From the IMG/VR virus record IMGVR_UViG_3300024302_000005, positions 11,503-75,502 of that record: a stretch of 64,000 bases of DNA; one strand, written 5' to 3'. Numbering within the stretch: the first letter of the stretch is position 1; every line of letters starts with the position of its first letter. The notes beneath the pieces are model-generated. The model did no database searches and had not been told where the DNA came from. It saw only the letters and a list, made by a program, of their open reading frames with translations. Made by a program: the position numbers and the translations under genes. The stretch comes from a virus. Shown here piece by piece: positions 63,706-64,000 of the stretch.

Positions 63706-64000
63706 TATGCTAACTCCTCTGGGATGTATGCGTCCATGTCGTCTGTGTTGGTCATAGCATCCAGTGCCGTAGTCATTGCTACTGGTAACTCTCTGAGTGT
63801 CTGCTTCTCTGCTGCACTGTTAGCTACTGTACGTGTAGCGCCGGGACGTTCAATCAAGTTGTCTTTGATCTCATCGTCCATCTTGTCCAGCTTGGCATTA
63901 CGCATACCACGAAGCTGATCAAGGCGTTCTGCACGAACCTTGGGCAGACGCCATGCGTGAACCTTCAACTCGTCACTGGTAACTTCAACAGCCAGTGTGT
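63705..64000 (-). CDS. tail fibre assembly-like protein (5' end probably outside the window)
   Basis: R..RN.KL...D...KQ.LRELP motif; frame open to the window edge. Confidence 0.6.
   Translation of the reverse strand, partial: TLAVEVTSDELKVHAWRLPKVRAERLDQLRGMRNAKLDKMDDEIKDNLIERPGATRTVANSAAEKQTLRELPVAMTTALDAMTNTDDMDAYIPEELA

Noticed and set aside
1-64000. Integrase/repressor (temperate lifestyle) or alternative genetic code
   Set aside because: No integrase recognised; core genes translate full-length with the standard code and use all three stop codons

Overview
This window covers most of the genome of an N4-like lytic podophage (Schitoviridae-like). Layout: an AT-rich non-coding stretch (~230-880), then an early region with three co-varying hairpin promoter candidates. 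The rightward early/middle genes include NADAR, a HAD phosphatase, DUF4326, SLOG, a single-chain T7-type RNAPII, an AAA ATPase, DNA ligase, a vWA/metallopeptidase, a family A DNA polymerase split by a GIY-YIG gene, a Dda-like helicase, HNH, primase, a Sak4-like ATPase, SSB and RuvC. The leftward late block contains a 4248-aa virion RNA polymerase, ejection/structural genes, major capsid and portal. It is followed by a rightward accessory island, a lysis cassette and a tandem array of tail fibre/chaperone pairs. No terminase is visible in the window. Most unusual: (1) the Cys-free virion RNAP carries a complete in-frame SF1B (Dda/RecD-like) helicase, with two His-to-Trp motif changes, plus an extra HExxH domain ahead of the polymerase core; (2) the DNA polymerase is split between catalytic motifs A and B with no intron or intein; (3) RNAPII is fused into one chain; (4) an acyl-carrier-protein gene lies upstream of the portal; (5) there are several tRNA-like or structured RNAs, including a tRNA body with a 12-nt anticodon loop; (6) there is a module-shuffled array of small ORFs. 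A GcrA-like domain hints at an alphaproteobacterial host. All family calls come from motif recognition by eye, not from database searches.
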